Positions 1 to 21,900 of a stretch of DNA of 64,000 bases are shown here, one piece after another (the first letter of the stretch is position 1; each line of letters begins with the position of its first letter). A program made the translations under genes and the position numbers. The notes beneath the pieces are model-generated. The model worked only from the letters and a program-made list of their open reading frames with translations, ran no database searches and was not told where the DNA came from. Origin of the DNA: Eledone cirrhosa (lineage: Eukaryota). The stretch spans positions 12,648,001-12,712,000 of the forward strand of contig OZ024750.1 of the NCBI GenBank assembly GCA_964016885.1, written 5' to 3'.

Positions 1-402
1 TGAAATGCAAAGCTAACCTTGACGGGATTTGAAATCAGAACATAAAAGATCGTAGCTTTGTGCAGTTGAGATGTTGGTTTTAGGAAGAGATTCTTTACCT
101 TTCAGAATCTAGAGAATCAATTTGACTGGTATATACTACAAAACACATTCTTTATTGGATGATATCTAACTCCCACAATTCATAGAGCTACCTCACAACA
201 CTAACTACATCATCATTGCTTAATATCCATTTTTCCATGCTAGTATGGGTTAGACAAGTTATCCCATTATGAGACAAGCCAGGTCAGGTGATTTTTGGCT
301 TGATTTCTATGACTAGAAATAAATAAAAATTATTAAAACAGAAAGACTAAACCAACTCTAATGTGTACTGCTCATGAGAATTTATTTTTATTTATCTTTC
401 AG

Positions 403-1304
403 AGGCTGTAGAGCAAATGCAGTCCAACACCCCTGATGTACGGGTAAAAAGAGATTTATCCCAAATAGAGAATGTGCCACCTTCAGTACCAATAATGTGT
501 GTTGGTAACAATGAGAATATCCTTTCCAGATCATACAATTCTAAAATGTCATTAGAATCTGAAATTGCAACAGATGAACTTGAACAGCTCGGAGCTTATG
601 CTGGAGCCCAAACAAAACCATTACCAATATCACCACCTTCTACCAATTCTTGTTTTGGTATTATAAAAGATCTGTCAGTTACCAATATTCTTGCTACTGA
701 TGAGGATAAGACTAATAGCTTTTTGAATAAAGACTTTAGTTTGGGCATTAAAAAAACTGACGTTTGCAGCAAATATGAAGACGTGTCAGTCTCACAGAGT
801 CATTCAAGATCCTTTGACAATTCAAATGGGTTGAATCAATCATTAGATATTTCAGCTAATAACTGCTTAAAAAGGGTTGAAATGACTGCTGACTGTACTG
901 ATGGAGACTGTGAGAATACTAAAGGAAAATCAAACTTTGTTGACAAAGCCAAAAATACAGTTGAACATTTTGACAGAGATTGTGTGTCCTTGTTAGAGAT
1001 TTCACAAAATCTATTATACATGACTGAATCATTATTTGAAAATAACGAGCAAGACATTGCAATTGATTCATCCAATGAGGTTCCTAGAGAAATCAACATT
1101 TCTAAACCACCAGAAACAAGTACCAGAAACTTAATTGTCGGTGATCTAAATAGAGTGAGTAATGGTAATGATCAGGTGAATGAAGATTATGATAACCAAT
1201 GTACTGCTTCTTGTGATCCGACAGTGAACCAAGAGATAAATACAACAGCAAATGATAATAATGGAAATCACGAGGAAAGCGTTGGTCAATATTTCTCTGT
1301 TTAA
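403..1304 (+). CDS. Large, probably terminal, exon of an unidentified gene entering from the left; S/N/D/E-rich, likely disordered
   Basis: Polypyrimidine tract and AG at 401-402 (tttatctttcag), then ~300 open codons with protein-like composition. TAA ends at 1304 and AATAAA lies at 1659-1664. No recognisable domain. Confidence 0.7.
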
Positions 1305-2159
1305 TCTATTTATTTGATAAAGAAAAAATTAAAACATGCCTCACATTAAAATTGGTGAATGGGTTGCGTATAGTATGGAAATTTAGAATGTAATGCTTTT
1401 GAAAATAATATTGCATGTGACCTGCATTTATTTATTTTGAAAACGGTTTTTAATGGTTGTAGAAGGCATTTTGTCGGTAAATATAACAATTTACCTCAAT
1501 TGTGATTTTTGTATTGTTAATATTTTATGAAAACTTGTTGTGTACAAACAAACCCTATTTATGTTTCAAATTTGATGAGAATCTAGACTGCAATATCACC
1601 TATTTTCATACAAGCCTCTGTTTCTATGGTCATTCATATTTTTGCATTTTGGTGAAGAAATAAACTATCTCTCATTATTGCTGAGTTATTTTCTTCAAAT
1701 CCCTAATTTTCAGCATTTAAACATATTATTAAAGGAATTAATCAAAACTGTCCTTAATTTTTATTTCCATTGATTTTTTTTTTTATTTCATCTTCTAAAG
1801 CAGAAAGGTAAGGAACTAATTTTATTAGTGAAATTTCAGATATTTATGATATATAATGACCGTGACAAGTGGAGAGATGCTGTGCTGAATAGGACCCGTC
1901 CAACCCTTGCAAGCAGGGGAAAAGCGGACGTAAAATGATAATGATAATGATGATGATGATTGTATTATATATATGTAATACAGTGTATTATATATTATAT
2001 ATATATATATATATATGTAATCATCATCATCATTTTACGTCCACTTGTCACAGTCCTTTGTCATCTCCTCCATGAGCTTCAGCGATCTGAGGTCTGCTCT
2101 CACCACCCCCGCCCATGTCTTTTGTGGTCTTCCTCTACTACGTCTTCCTTCAACTGGCA

Positions 2160-3420
2160 TTATATATTATATTATATGATATATATATAATATATATTAT
2201 ATTGTATATTATAATATATAATAGAATATATTATTGATGCATAGAGTTACGGCTCTTTCCATTCTAAGTTCAAATCCTGCCGAGGTTAACTTTGCCTTTC
2301 ATCATTTCGGGGTCGATAAAATAAAGTACCAGTTATACACTAGGTATTTTGCTGGCCTTGTGCCCAAAGTAGAAACAATTATATTATATTCCATTATAAA
2401 ATAATATAGATTATATTATAATATATTATAATAAATTATATTATATTCCATTATAATATAATATAATATAATATAATATAATATATATAATAACAGAATA
2501 TATAATATAATATATATAACATTATAATATAACAGAATATATAATATAATATATATTACAATATATTGTATTATATTATAATATGTATTATAATATAATA
2601 TATATTATATTATTTTATAATACATATAACATTATATTTTATAATACATATATTATATTATGATATTATGTTATAATATATATTATATTATTTATATATA
2701 ATATATAACAATATAATATATATTATACGTATTATAGTATAAATTATATTATAATGAATAATATTTTATAATATATTATATTTAATAAATATATAATATA
2801 TATATATAATGTAGTATATTATATCATATTTATTATATTGTTTTATATATTATAATATATATAATATAGTATATATAGTTTTGTATGATATATATATATT
2901 ATATTATAATATATATATATTATATGATGTATCCTATTCTAATATAATATATTATAATATATATTCTATTATAATAAATATTGTATTTTATAATATATAT
3001 ATTGTATTATATAGTATATATATTATATTGTATTATATATAATATAATATAGTATATATTATATCGTATTATATATTATAATATATAATAGTATATATAT
3101 TATATATATATTATATATATTATAATATATAATACAATATAATATATATATTATATTAAATATATTATAATATATAATACAATATAATATAATATAGATT
3201 GTATTATATATTATAATATATATAACATAATATAGTATATATATTACAATATATTTATTATGACATAATATAGTAGATATCAAATGTAATATCTATTTTA
3301 TATATTATATTTAATATATCTATTATATGTATTATATATATATAATATATATTGTATGTATAATATGATATATTATGTAATATATATTTGATATATACAT
3401 TATATATGCATGTGTGTATA
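2160..3420. repeat. AT-rich low-complexity tract
   Basis: Degenerate TATAA/TA repeats. Confidence 0.9.
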
Positions 3421-3546
3421 TAATTGATAAATGAAACAAAACAAACACAGGGATGTAAAAATACAGTCATTTCGTTTACAGGAGGATTCAATTTTATTTA
3501 TATATCTATATATATATCTATATCTATATATATATATATATATATA

Positions 3547-4102
3547 TATATTAGTAAAAGGAAAAGAAAATGCTGACAAATTTTTCCCAGTGAAAAAGAG
3601 TTTAATTAGGAATAAGTTTTGGTTAGTATTCAGCTTTTACTGGTTGCGCATTTGTAATGCTTTTCAAAAATAATTTTGGTGAAAAAGGACACTCTTCGAC
3701 AAACCCATATTTGGCGCAAAATCAATTTTTAACATTCACGTGACCTCTACCGACCAATCAAAATTGTTTTGACTACAAGAATTTTTGCAACACGAATTGG
3801 TGCGAAATTTATAGTACTCATTCACGTGACATTCAACAACCAACCAAATCTTAATACCTCTGGAGCCACTTTTTTCACATAAAACAGGAAGAATTTCCAA
3901 AACTGATCAGATTAGAGCAAACATCACGGGCGCTCTATCTCAAAATTATTTTTGAAAACCATTAGAAATGCGCAACTGGTAAAAACTTAAAACTAAAACT
4001 GAATACTAACCAATACTTATTACTAATTTATACTTATTCCTAATTAAACTATTTTTCACTGGGAAAAATTTGTCAGCATTTTCTTTTCCTTTTACTAATA
4101 TA
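3547..4102. mobile_element. Fold-back MITE with long terminal inverted repeats, in a TA context
   Basis: ttagtaaaaggaaaagaaaatgctgacaaatttttcccagtgaaaaa matches its reverse complement near 4050-4098. The inverted repeat extends inward; no ORF. Confidence 0.8.
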
Positions 4103-4136
4103 TCACAACTCGTGTGTTACACCTCTATTCTTTTAA

Positions 4137-4168
<32 letters not shown>

Positions 4169-4475
4169 TATATCATCATCATCATCATCATCACCGTTTT
4201 ACGTCCGTTCTTCCACGCTAGCATGGGTTAGACGGGTTGTCCTGTTGTGGGCAGTGTCTGGTCGGCTGACCATGCCTTGCTCATACAGGAACTGATCTGG
4301 CTTGATTTCTACAGCTGGATGCCCTTCCTAACACCAACCTCATTTACAGTGAGTGCTGGGTGCTTTTTCGTGGCGCCTACACGTCCACTTTACAGTGTGG
4401 GCTGGGTGCTTTTTTGCCGTGGCACCTCCACGACCACCTTGCGGTGGGGGGGGGGGGGCATATTGTTTATATGCT

Positions 4476-4882
4476 TCAGCATGTACCCATGGGAGGTCGG
4501 GTACCCTGTATTACTGCGTGACGCCAGAAGTCACGGTCGTGTGTCATTGACTTTGAGAGGTGTAGTTGGGTAAGGTCGGCTTTTATCACCTCATCCCAAG
4601 TCATCTTGGGTCTCCCCACTCCGCGGTTTCCATCAACTTCTAGTGCTCTGCACCTTTTTATGCAGCTGTCATCCTTCATACGCATCACATGTCCATACCA
4701 GCGTAACCGCCTCTCCTGCACGCAGCATTTGATTCCTCTTATGCTCAGTCTCTCTCTCAATTCATTTATGCTTTGTCGTTCACGTATATTACTGTTACAC
4801 ATCCATCGGAGCATGCAGGCTTCGTTTCTCTCTAATCTACGTAAGTCTTCCACCTTCAGCGCCCAGGTCTCACTACCATACC
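4476..4882 (-). mobile_element. RTE-clade LINE 3' fragment
   Basis: YGSETWAL...[12 protein letters not shown]...[15 protein letters not shown]...DRDFWR, typical of the RTE ORF C-terminus. Confidence 0.85.
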
Positions 4883-4889
4883 AACATAC

Positions 4890-4970
<81 letters not shown>

Positions 4971-5079
4971 CACATACATACATATATATATATATATATA
5001 CATACATATATATATATATATATACATACATATATATATATATATATACATACATATATATATACATATATATATATAT

Positions 5080-5197
<118 letters not shown>

Positions 5198-5203
5198 ACA
5201 TAC

Positions 5204-5234
<31 letters not shown>

Positions 5235-5337
5235 CATATATATATGTATATATATCTATGTATATATATATATATCTATATATATACATACATACATATA
5301 TATATATATACATATGCATACATACATATACATACAT

Positions 5338-5369
<32 letters not shown>

Positions 5370-5380
5370 CATATATATAC

Positions 5381-5432
<52 letters not shown>

Positions 5433-5433
<1 letters not shown>

Positions 5434-5800
5434 AGGCGGGTAAAATTCCTGAGATCCATGGACGAGTTCTCTCCAGCGGTCTCTGTCCCTCATCATCGCT
5501 GCCATGTCCTGTGTCTCCAACAGACCAGTGTCTATCCTTAGGGCATCAACATACGTTAACCTTGGTCTTCCTCTTCTAGTGTCTCCATGTAGGGACTCCC
5601 AAAGGAGCACTGAGTGCAATGTCAACTCTGGATGTCGGTGAGCATGTCCAGCTAACCTCAGTCTCCTCTGTGTCACTTTTGAGCTGACTTTTGAGATTCT
5701 CCCATACACCTCTGAGTTTTTCATTCTCAGTGTATACTGATTAATGTTCAGAGCCATCCTCAGCATTCTCGTGTAGCACCCTTCCACCATCTGACTCACT
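5433..5800 (-). mobile_element. Second RTE-like LINE 3' fragment
   Basis: [13 protein letters not shown]...[12 protein letters not shown]...[12 protein letters not shown]...DRDRWR. Confidence 0.8.
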
Positions 5801-5815
5801 CAGATATATACATAC

Positions 5816-5856
<41 letters not shown>

Positions 5857-5899
5857 TATATACATATATATATACATATATATACATATATATATATAC

Positions 5900-5954
<55 letters not shown>

Positions 5955-6051
5955 GATATAGATATATATATATATATACATATAGTAATAATGCGATTCT
6001 TTGCTTAAACTTTAATCTGTTATTTTAATAAATATACATATATATATATAC

Positions 6052-6118
<67 letters not shown>

Positions 6119-6132
6119 TACATATATACATA

Positions 6133-6166
<34 letters not shown>

Positions 6167-6169
<3 letters not shown>

Positions 6170-6480
6170 CGTTTCTGAATTTGTTTAGCAAGATTCTTTA
6201 TCTGAAATCGTGTGTGGAAACCGATATTGTTATACTTTGGGGGGGTCATGTTGCCAATAAGAAACACACGCACCAGTTGCTTTCACTTCAATTTAATTTA
6301 TTAAATATTTATAAATTTACAAATTTATAAATTTCTGGTTGGTTGGTTCCACAACCAGATAGTTGTTTATATATATATAGTCATAGTTCTTTCGTCACAC
6401 ACTCTGTGACCTCTTCAGTGACTGGGGATTTCTTTCTTCATTTCTGTGCCTTTCCTTTCTTCTATCCTACGCCATTTTTC
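6167..6480 (-). mobile_element. Family A short hammerhead-bearing element (Penelope pLTR-like)
   Basis: Near-identical to the reverse complement of 33745-34010, and shares 33506-33600 directly; flanked by (TA)n. Confidence 0.75.
6379..6423 (-). ncRNA. Minimal type I hammerhead ribozyme motif (family A)
   Basis: Minus strand reads AGUCA-CUGAAGA-G-GUCACA(gagug)UGUGAC-GAAA-G(aa)C-UA-UGACU. Helix I has 5 bp, helix II 6 bp, helix III is vestigial. Confidence 0.75.
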
Positions 6481-6482
6481 AG

Positions 6483-13935
<7,453 letters not shown>

Positions 13936-14689
13936 ATTTTGGTTATCATGTTGAGCTCTGCTGAGGATCGAATTCCAACTGTGACCATCCCCACTGAAAG
14001 TTTTCGTGAAATAGTCTTTTCAAGACTATACAGAGCATTTGTAGTTGTTCCAAATTGAAGGATGAGTATTTTAGACTTTATTTTATCATCAGTTAAGGCT
14101 CTATTGATTTTTCCCTGGATTTCACTAAATTCTGTTGGATAAATCTATATCCTGATTCTTTTTGAATTGAGTTTGAATTATTTTTCTCCACATCTTACGT
14201 TAACTATTTTCCCATTTTGACACTATAGTCACATATATTATGGAATATTGTTGGCTTCTTGCTACAATAATTTCTATACTTTTCATTTATATATCTCTAT
14301 ATATATATTATATATATAGATATATAGATATATATATGTATATATATCTATCTATTATATATATCTATATCTATATCTACACACACATACTAATATAATG
14401 CACTGGTGTTTGTGAAACCTATAGTTTATTAATGTATTTCATGGCTTCATTTTCACTTCTGAATTAATACCACCAGTTTATTTTAACAATAAATTAGGTT
14501 TTACTTGTGCTGAATATGATGACCTTAATAAAGCCACTGCTATTTTACCTTTAGATATTTTCTTAGCATTGAACAGTTTCTATATATAATCAGTAAGTTA
14601 AGTAGTTATATAGCTAATATGTATTGCATTTTAACTAATGATAATAACCTTCAATTAATGATCTGAATACTCTTCCAATCTTACCTTGT

Positions 14690-15180
14690 CCTAAATAACA
14701 AAATTAGAGTGATGTTGTAAGGGTTGTGATGTTCCAGGTTCCAATAATTACCGTTTGCTCCCTGCAGCACCATCTTTCGGGTCTTCATATACGTAATCTG
14801 TGTGTGTGTCCACCTGGTACCTACCATGACAGGTCACAAAACCTTCACTATTTCTTGCAGCATAAGATAGAGACTGCAATATATTTTTCGAACAGGACCT
14901 TCTACCTAATGGTCTTTGGAGTAACATTATTCAATAAAGTGAGTAGCTCAGAGAGTCATTCCAGTTAGAACTGCTACTTTTCCTAATCGAGAGGTCACAT
15001 CTCATATTACAGACATGTGGTTAGAATATCTTGGAGGAGACCCAGAGGTAGACACCAAGCAAAATGGTTGGATAACATCCATGAGCTCAGCTTGTATTGC
15101 TTGGCAATCCAGTCAGATCAATTGGAGATGGCTACTTCTGATAGGACTCACTAGAAGGGATCTTTGAGGACTTGTAAATA
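14690..15180 (-). mobile_element. Decayed RTE-like LINE fragment
   Basis: Resembles the decayed segments at 25200-25470 and 28250-28500 (gagaggtcaca...catgtggttagaat...gatggctacttctgatagga); frames are disrupted. Confidence 0.5.
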
Positions 15181-16634
15181 AAGAAGTACAAACTAGTCAA
15201 GTATGGAATAATGTTTTATGATGATGATGATAATAATTCAATATCCATTTTAGCTGAAATCTGACAATGGCACAATAACAGACATCTATTAAAAGAAAAC
15301 AAAACACAATTATGTTATGAGAAAAATCGTTTATGTAAACAAGTTTCTTGTATTCAGTGTTACAAACCAGATATTAGTTAATAGGAAGAACTCAGAAGCA
15401 TAGTTAAAATAATTAGCATCTCATTGCTTTGGCTTGTAAATAGAACAAGATTTAATCTAAAAGGGGGCCCAAAACATATTTCAACATAAACTGACATTTT
15501 TGATTGTTGAATCGATTTGATTTTCAATATTCAATTTGTAATAATATATATTTATATATCTTAAACTTTTTTTATTATTTTAACTTGGTAACTAAAATCT
15601 AATTATACCCTTATGGTAATTAGTAAGAAGTAAAGGTAACAGTTCACATTAACCGAAATAATTCAAGATTTGAATTATACTGCTCTCCTTCTGAAGTAAT
15701 ATATGGACAATTGCATATTGTTCATCTGGTCGAAAATTAAGTTAAAAGTAAAAGTTTGCTTCTTAGAAATATTTAGGGCCTTATTTGCTCATACTTGATA
15801 TAAATACAAAATAGTAATGAAAATATCATTTATAATAAGTTAAACAAACCAATTCCTATATAAACACCTGTTATATTTAAGAAAACAAATATATATTTCT
15901 TTAAATTGTAATTTTCAATGATAATGTTTTCTTTTCTGAGAATTTGAGAATTAACATAGCAATTCATATGATTTAAATTAGTTGAAATAAAATAAGCTGT
16001 TCAATAATTGAACAAAATTATAATCACACTGATAACAACAGCAATGTGCTAAAATAGTGGCTCCTAACTTTACATGTCACATAAAGAAAACTGTTTGCTA
16101 TCAAAATTTTGCTTGTTTCTGTCCGAAGTCTTCTTCAGACATAGAAATAGAAATATAACAAATTTTCATATCACAGATCAACTGCTTATTTTTTTCTTTT
16201 CTGAACAAAGCCATAATGGAGTATAAAAATATGACTAAGCAGAAATAACTTGTAAATATTCCAACATAGGATTATATTATATTGTTCCTTGCCAAATCCA
16301 AACTAAGAAAACTAGACTATCTTTCTCTGTCTCTTGTAGATCAGTGCAATCATCTTAGAAATGTCATGTCCCTTTTATCTTAAAAGAACTATCTAATATA
16401 CAAGATGTACAGATCTCTTCTTTCAACAGCTTATTCATAAACTGTCAGCAGCAGATTCAGCTCTGGTCTTTTCAATATCTTGTTTCACCTTAGAGAAGGA
16501 AGAAGGATTTTTGAACATTAGTTTCACATGAATAAAGTTCTAGATGGATTTGATAACTTAGATGAAGAATGAAATTGGTATGAACTGTCTGAAGAATCAC
16601 TTCTACGAGACAAAACACTGAACTGATGAACTGC

Positions 16635-16796
16635 CTATGGTTTTGGTGATTTTCTATTTCCAATTTGTGGTGATCTTGTGCTTGAGGATAGGTATTGGTG
16701 AGGTAGTGAAAATGAAGTAGCTTCTAATGGAGATGAAGTTCTTTCAGAAAACCTGCCAGTCAGATGATTTAAGGCACGGATAGCAGTGCCATTTTT
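16635..16796 (-). CDS. MYLK: MLCK terminal coding exon: rest of the CaM-binding motif and a Ser/Pro-rich tail
   Basis: tttgctttag|[53 protein letters not shown]; TAG at 16637-16635. Confidence 0.9.
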   Translation of the reverse strand, partial: KNGTAIRALNHLTGRFSERTSSPLEATSFSLPHQYLSSSTRSPQIGNRKSPKP

Positions 16797-18880
16797 CTAA
16801 AGCAAAAATAAAATAAAATAACATCATGCAAAACTCAGCACAAATTTAAAACAAAACAAAAGCAGTTTGTAAAACAAAAACACTTGCAGAAATACTTTAG
16901 TATTGAAAAGTATAACAAAATAAAAAATAAACTATTTTGTTAGTGCTGAACATTTTAACAACAAAAATAACTCTAAAATTACAATTGATAATAAACTTCA
17001 TAAAAGCTACTAAACATTTAGGTAGGTAACATTTTACGTAATATTTAAATTCTCTCAAGCACCGGTGCCATGAAAATGCACCCTGTAAAGTAGTTGGTGA
17101 TAGGGAGGAAGGGCACTCAGCTGTTGAATCATTACCAAAATTGGAAGATACAAGTGAGATTAATCCTCTGACCCATGTAGGAAGGCAGTAACTCCAAATA
17201 AAAACTGACATCGACCATAACTACCTTTCCAACCCATGCCAGGATATAAACGGATATGATGATGATGATGATGATGGTGATGTTGATGATGTATCACGTA
17301 CATGGTTGGATTTGATTTAGCAACTTGTATTTCTAAACTAAATGTAGTAAAACTCTTATGCCATCATGGTGACATGAATGACCCCTGGTGACTTCTTTGA
17401 TAAATACTGGTTGTCTATACATCATCAGCCTGCATTTGACACAATCTTCTACATCAAAATGTGACCAACTTAGAAGAGATATAACATCTTGCTTCAGACT
17501 GGTGAATGGCTGGCAGCAAACAGAAATACTTTTGATGCTTTTTATTTGAAAAATAGTTTCAAATTAACTTCTAGAAAACAATTCAATCTTAACCGAAAAC
17601 TAATAATAATAATGATAGGAAAAGAGGATTATGGATTACTAATTCCAACAATTTTGCATTGCAAACCACATGGTATTATAGTTTCATACCACTACATGGG
17701 ACCTTTTCTACAATAGTTTCAGGTTGACCAATCTCCTGTGAGTGAAATTTGGTAGATAAAAAACATGAGGAAGCCTGTTGCATGTGTGGGTGTGTGTGTG
17801 TATGTGAGAGTGTTTTTTTTGTGTGTATATGTGTCTATGTGTGTCTGATGTTCATATTGACACTATTTAAAGTAAGTGGTGATGTTTGTTTGTGTTCTAC
17901 ATAAACAAAATGTCCTGCATCTTAAACAGTTCCACAACGAACATTGGTACATACTAAAATTATACTTCAAAATAAGAACACATTTGTCTAAGTCTAAAAT
18001 AATTTATTATTTCTACAAGTACCAGTAATGCACTGGGTAATTGCTGGCCTTGTGCCTAAAGTAGAAACAATTATTTCTACATAGCAGAGCAGACATTTCC
18101 TTTCTAATGATTTCACTATCAGTGAATAAACTACTATGAAAATAACAGAACAGATATATTTAGAAAACATATTAAATATTAAAAACAAAGGCAAAAAACA
18201 CACAAACGGAAGTATGAGTTCTCTCCCTTAAAAATATTTGACCCACTAATTTTTAAAGGATTTTCTTGTTAGATGTTAAATATTTGAATATGAAACACCA
18301 AAACAGAAGGAATATAATGGTTAATATAAGAAAGAAATAGAAATTCCACCAACTTTCCCCTCCAAAAAAAGAAAATATTCTTTTTTTATTCAATAAATTA
18401 AATATAAACCAAGAATTTTTCTTGTTATCCAAACTGGCTCTGGTTCTATGAAATAAAACCACCCATTTTAAAGGTTTCCAATTTGAATTAAAATTTTCCG
18501 ACATAATTATAAGAATCATACATTAACTTACTATCTTAGTAATGAAATACTTAATAATTTTAGTAAATCCCTTGTAATTCTTCATTAATTAATTAAAATA
18601 GTATATTTCATTAGAAATGTAGTCTTGGCTCATGATTGTATGGTTGTGAGTTCAATACTCGGCAGTGCATTGTATCTTTGAGCAATGAGTTGTACCTCTA
18701 ATTTAGAGGGCCAGCCTTATCACATTTGGTGACATGTTGAATCTCCCTGAGAACTACATAAAGGGTACACATGTCTGTGGAATGCTCAGACACTTGTATG
18801 TTAATTTCATGAGCAAGCTATTCTCTTGATTCCATCAACTGGAACACTCATCATAACCGATGGAGTGCCAGTTTTATTTT

Positions 18881-18920
<40 letters not shown>

Positions 18921-21900
18921 GGCTGATACCAGCAGCAACAGAAATACCAAATGACAAATTGCTCTTGGCTCTGATTTGACAAATTCCATGCCAAATGGTC
19001 AGCAAACGAGATCTGAGATTTTGTCAATCATTTAAAGAATATGTATACATATATCTTCATCATCAACATTTATATATATCATCATCATCGTTTATATATA
19101 TATATATATATAGATGTATGTATGTATAATCTGAGTGTTCCCTCCCTCTCTCACACATAATATTCCCCATTACATATAAAAGTATTAACTAATATCTTTT
19201 CTATCAAAAGAATCAGGAGAAATCAGAAATATTTCAATGAGTGTATGATTCTATTATTTTATAAAAAGTACAAGTTTCTACAGTGATTGATCAATGTTAG
19301 AATTTATTTAGCTCCAAAGGAAATAGCCATATCAATTGAGTTGATTTGGTATAGAGAAATATTGATTTCTTATTTAGGTGGAAGGACAAAGACATAGTAA
19401 GATGTGGGGAGGGGGGATATTTAACATACATAGAGATTTTTTTCTTGAGAACTTTTACACAAATTCCCAGAATAAGACTCGTGTCAACAACTGATAATAG
19501 AAAAAGAAATATTTTTTTTTTTAGATTTCTTTGTTATAAAATTTTCTAAATATGTTTTTCACTAATTATATACATTTACTAGAGTAAACCACCTTAATTA
19601 AGAAAATTAGTCATACAGGTAAACAACATCATCATCATCATCATCATCGCCAATTAAAGTTCGTTAAATAATGATGATGGTGGTGGTGTTTATCTCTGTG
19701 ACTAATTTTGCTAATTAAGGTGGTTTGAATTGAATTAAATTAAAAAAACAAACTAATATCATCACACACTTGTTATAAATACAATACTTAAATAAATAAA
19801 AAAATCCAGCTTCTGAAAGCGAGATACCAAAATGCTGTAGCCATGCATAACAATCAAGGATTTGCAAAGAAAAAGTCTTAAGAATGGTGCAATGCAAAGA
19901 AAAAGAAAACAAAACCCAAAGTAATAAATTTCAGAATAAAACGTGCTTAAATGTCAGAAAAAAAGATTATCTTCATTCAATGTTGCAGAAATAGGAGGAC
20001 CTTGTGTGTAAAAGCAGGAAGTATTATATTCTTTTACTAGTTTCGGTGGTTGTACTGAGAAGCAGGGAGACATAACCTGTATTTTGTTCCCAATACCTTA
20101 CTGTTTTCCCCACCATCACACCTGTCATATACCCATGACATTAGACTTCTCATTCTTCCAAGCCCATCTATTGCCATTTTCCCATGGCACCACTTCCTAT
20201 TTCCTCCTTGTCATTCTAATCCCACTCCACTCATTACCAATTACTCATGGCATACTCCCTATTTCCCACTCATCCCCCGTTAAGCTATAGAGAGTTCTTC
20301 AGTTAAGACAATGACTGACAACTTCCCTAGTGCTAGTATCATTACAAAACACAAACAGTACACTCTATAATGTGGTTGTTGTTAAGAAGGGCTTCCAGTT
20401 GTAGAAACCATACCAGAAACAGTTGGGAATATAGTGATGGTGGTGAAGGTGATAATGATGGATTAACCCTTTAGCATTTACATAACTTTATATTTACTAT
20501 TGTATTTTCGCAGTAAAGGTTTTATCTCACATAATATTGAATCTATGAGATTTTGATATTATTTATTTTGAGAACAATGCCTTAACATCAGTATGAGTGG
20601 CAAGTTACAGCCGGTTTGAACAGAAAGAGGTGAGATAAATCTGGCCAAATGCAGCCAGTTTAAACAGAAAGAAGTGAGAAACTTCTGGCCAAATACAGCT
20701 GGTTTAAATGCTAAAGGGTTAAATAAAAGGATGAGTAAATATGAAGGATTTGTAATTGATGCTGATATGAACCACAGCGAAAAGATAGATTATATCAATT
20801 CAAGTATCGAGGCCTCAACTATGATATATTAATAATATTAATAAAAGATATTTAAAAACTCGATTAAAAAATATTCATAGGTCAAAGGATGAAAATGGAC
20901 AGAAAATAAACTTTAGTAGCTATTGGTTAATAAGAAATATATGTATGTTCATCTATTGAGGAGGGAGGATAATATTGATCTTCCTCTACTATGAATTAGT
21001 TTCTAAAAATAGTAAATATCTGGAAGGGGAAAGAAAAATTGCTTATCTAGCATTAAATTTCGAAAATGAAGTGCAGAAATATTGCAATAAGGTTTCATGC
21101 AACCATGCAGAAAAACATTTCAAATAGTTAATACTGGAGAGAGTAATTGGTTTGAGAATAGTTAAAACATCAACAATGATGAATGTAGACAAGATATATC
21201 CTATATTTATAGAAGAGAAGTGGAAAATTGTGACATTCATAGATTTCCTTAAGGCTTTAGTGATGTAAATCAAGAGGGAAATGAAAATCAAGTAAAGGAT
21301 ATAGTTTGCAAAGGACTTAGCATTCCATTTGACTTTGGTACCAACTGCTAAGAGTTATATTGACATATTTAACTAATCATTTCTATCTATATATCTTTAT
21401 TTTATTATAAAAATAGATAAGTTGTGGCATAAACTAAGAATCCTAACAAATGGGAGAGCAAAGGTAAGAAAAGAAAAACAAATAGAGAGTTTTCTAAGGA
21501 AAATAGTAATAGGTAAGAAATAATAATATAGAAACCAGCATGTCATATAGAAAGGGAAGTTGTAGATAAGAGGTAAAAAGCAGTAGTTTATATAGAATCC
21601 TTATTCGCAATACCTTCCACATAACCTGTCCATTGTTGTATCTATTAGCAGATGGTTGTTCGTAGAATTGACGGGGTTTCTCAGCTTGAAGAGAGTGCCC
21701 CCCATTCATATAGCTTGTTCTTGAAGGTCTTCCTCCAACTGATTGCAAAGAAGCAGCTGGTGCCTTTCATTTTTGTCGTAGATAAACGGAATACAAATAA
21801 ATATAAATCTTTTATATATTAAAAAAAAATGTTTTCCTAGTGTAAGAAAAATGTAAATTTACTTGAAAAATCTGAACTTAGAAATTAACCTCAGCAATAT

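Noticed and set aside
16110-16145. Minus-strand CTGAAGAagacttcggacaGAAAc in the putative MLCK 3' UTR as a hammerhead
   Set aside because: Helix II is mismatched and there is no helix I or helix III pairing; likely chance.
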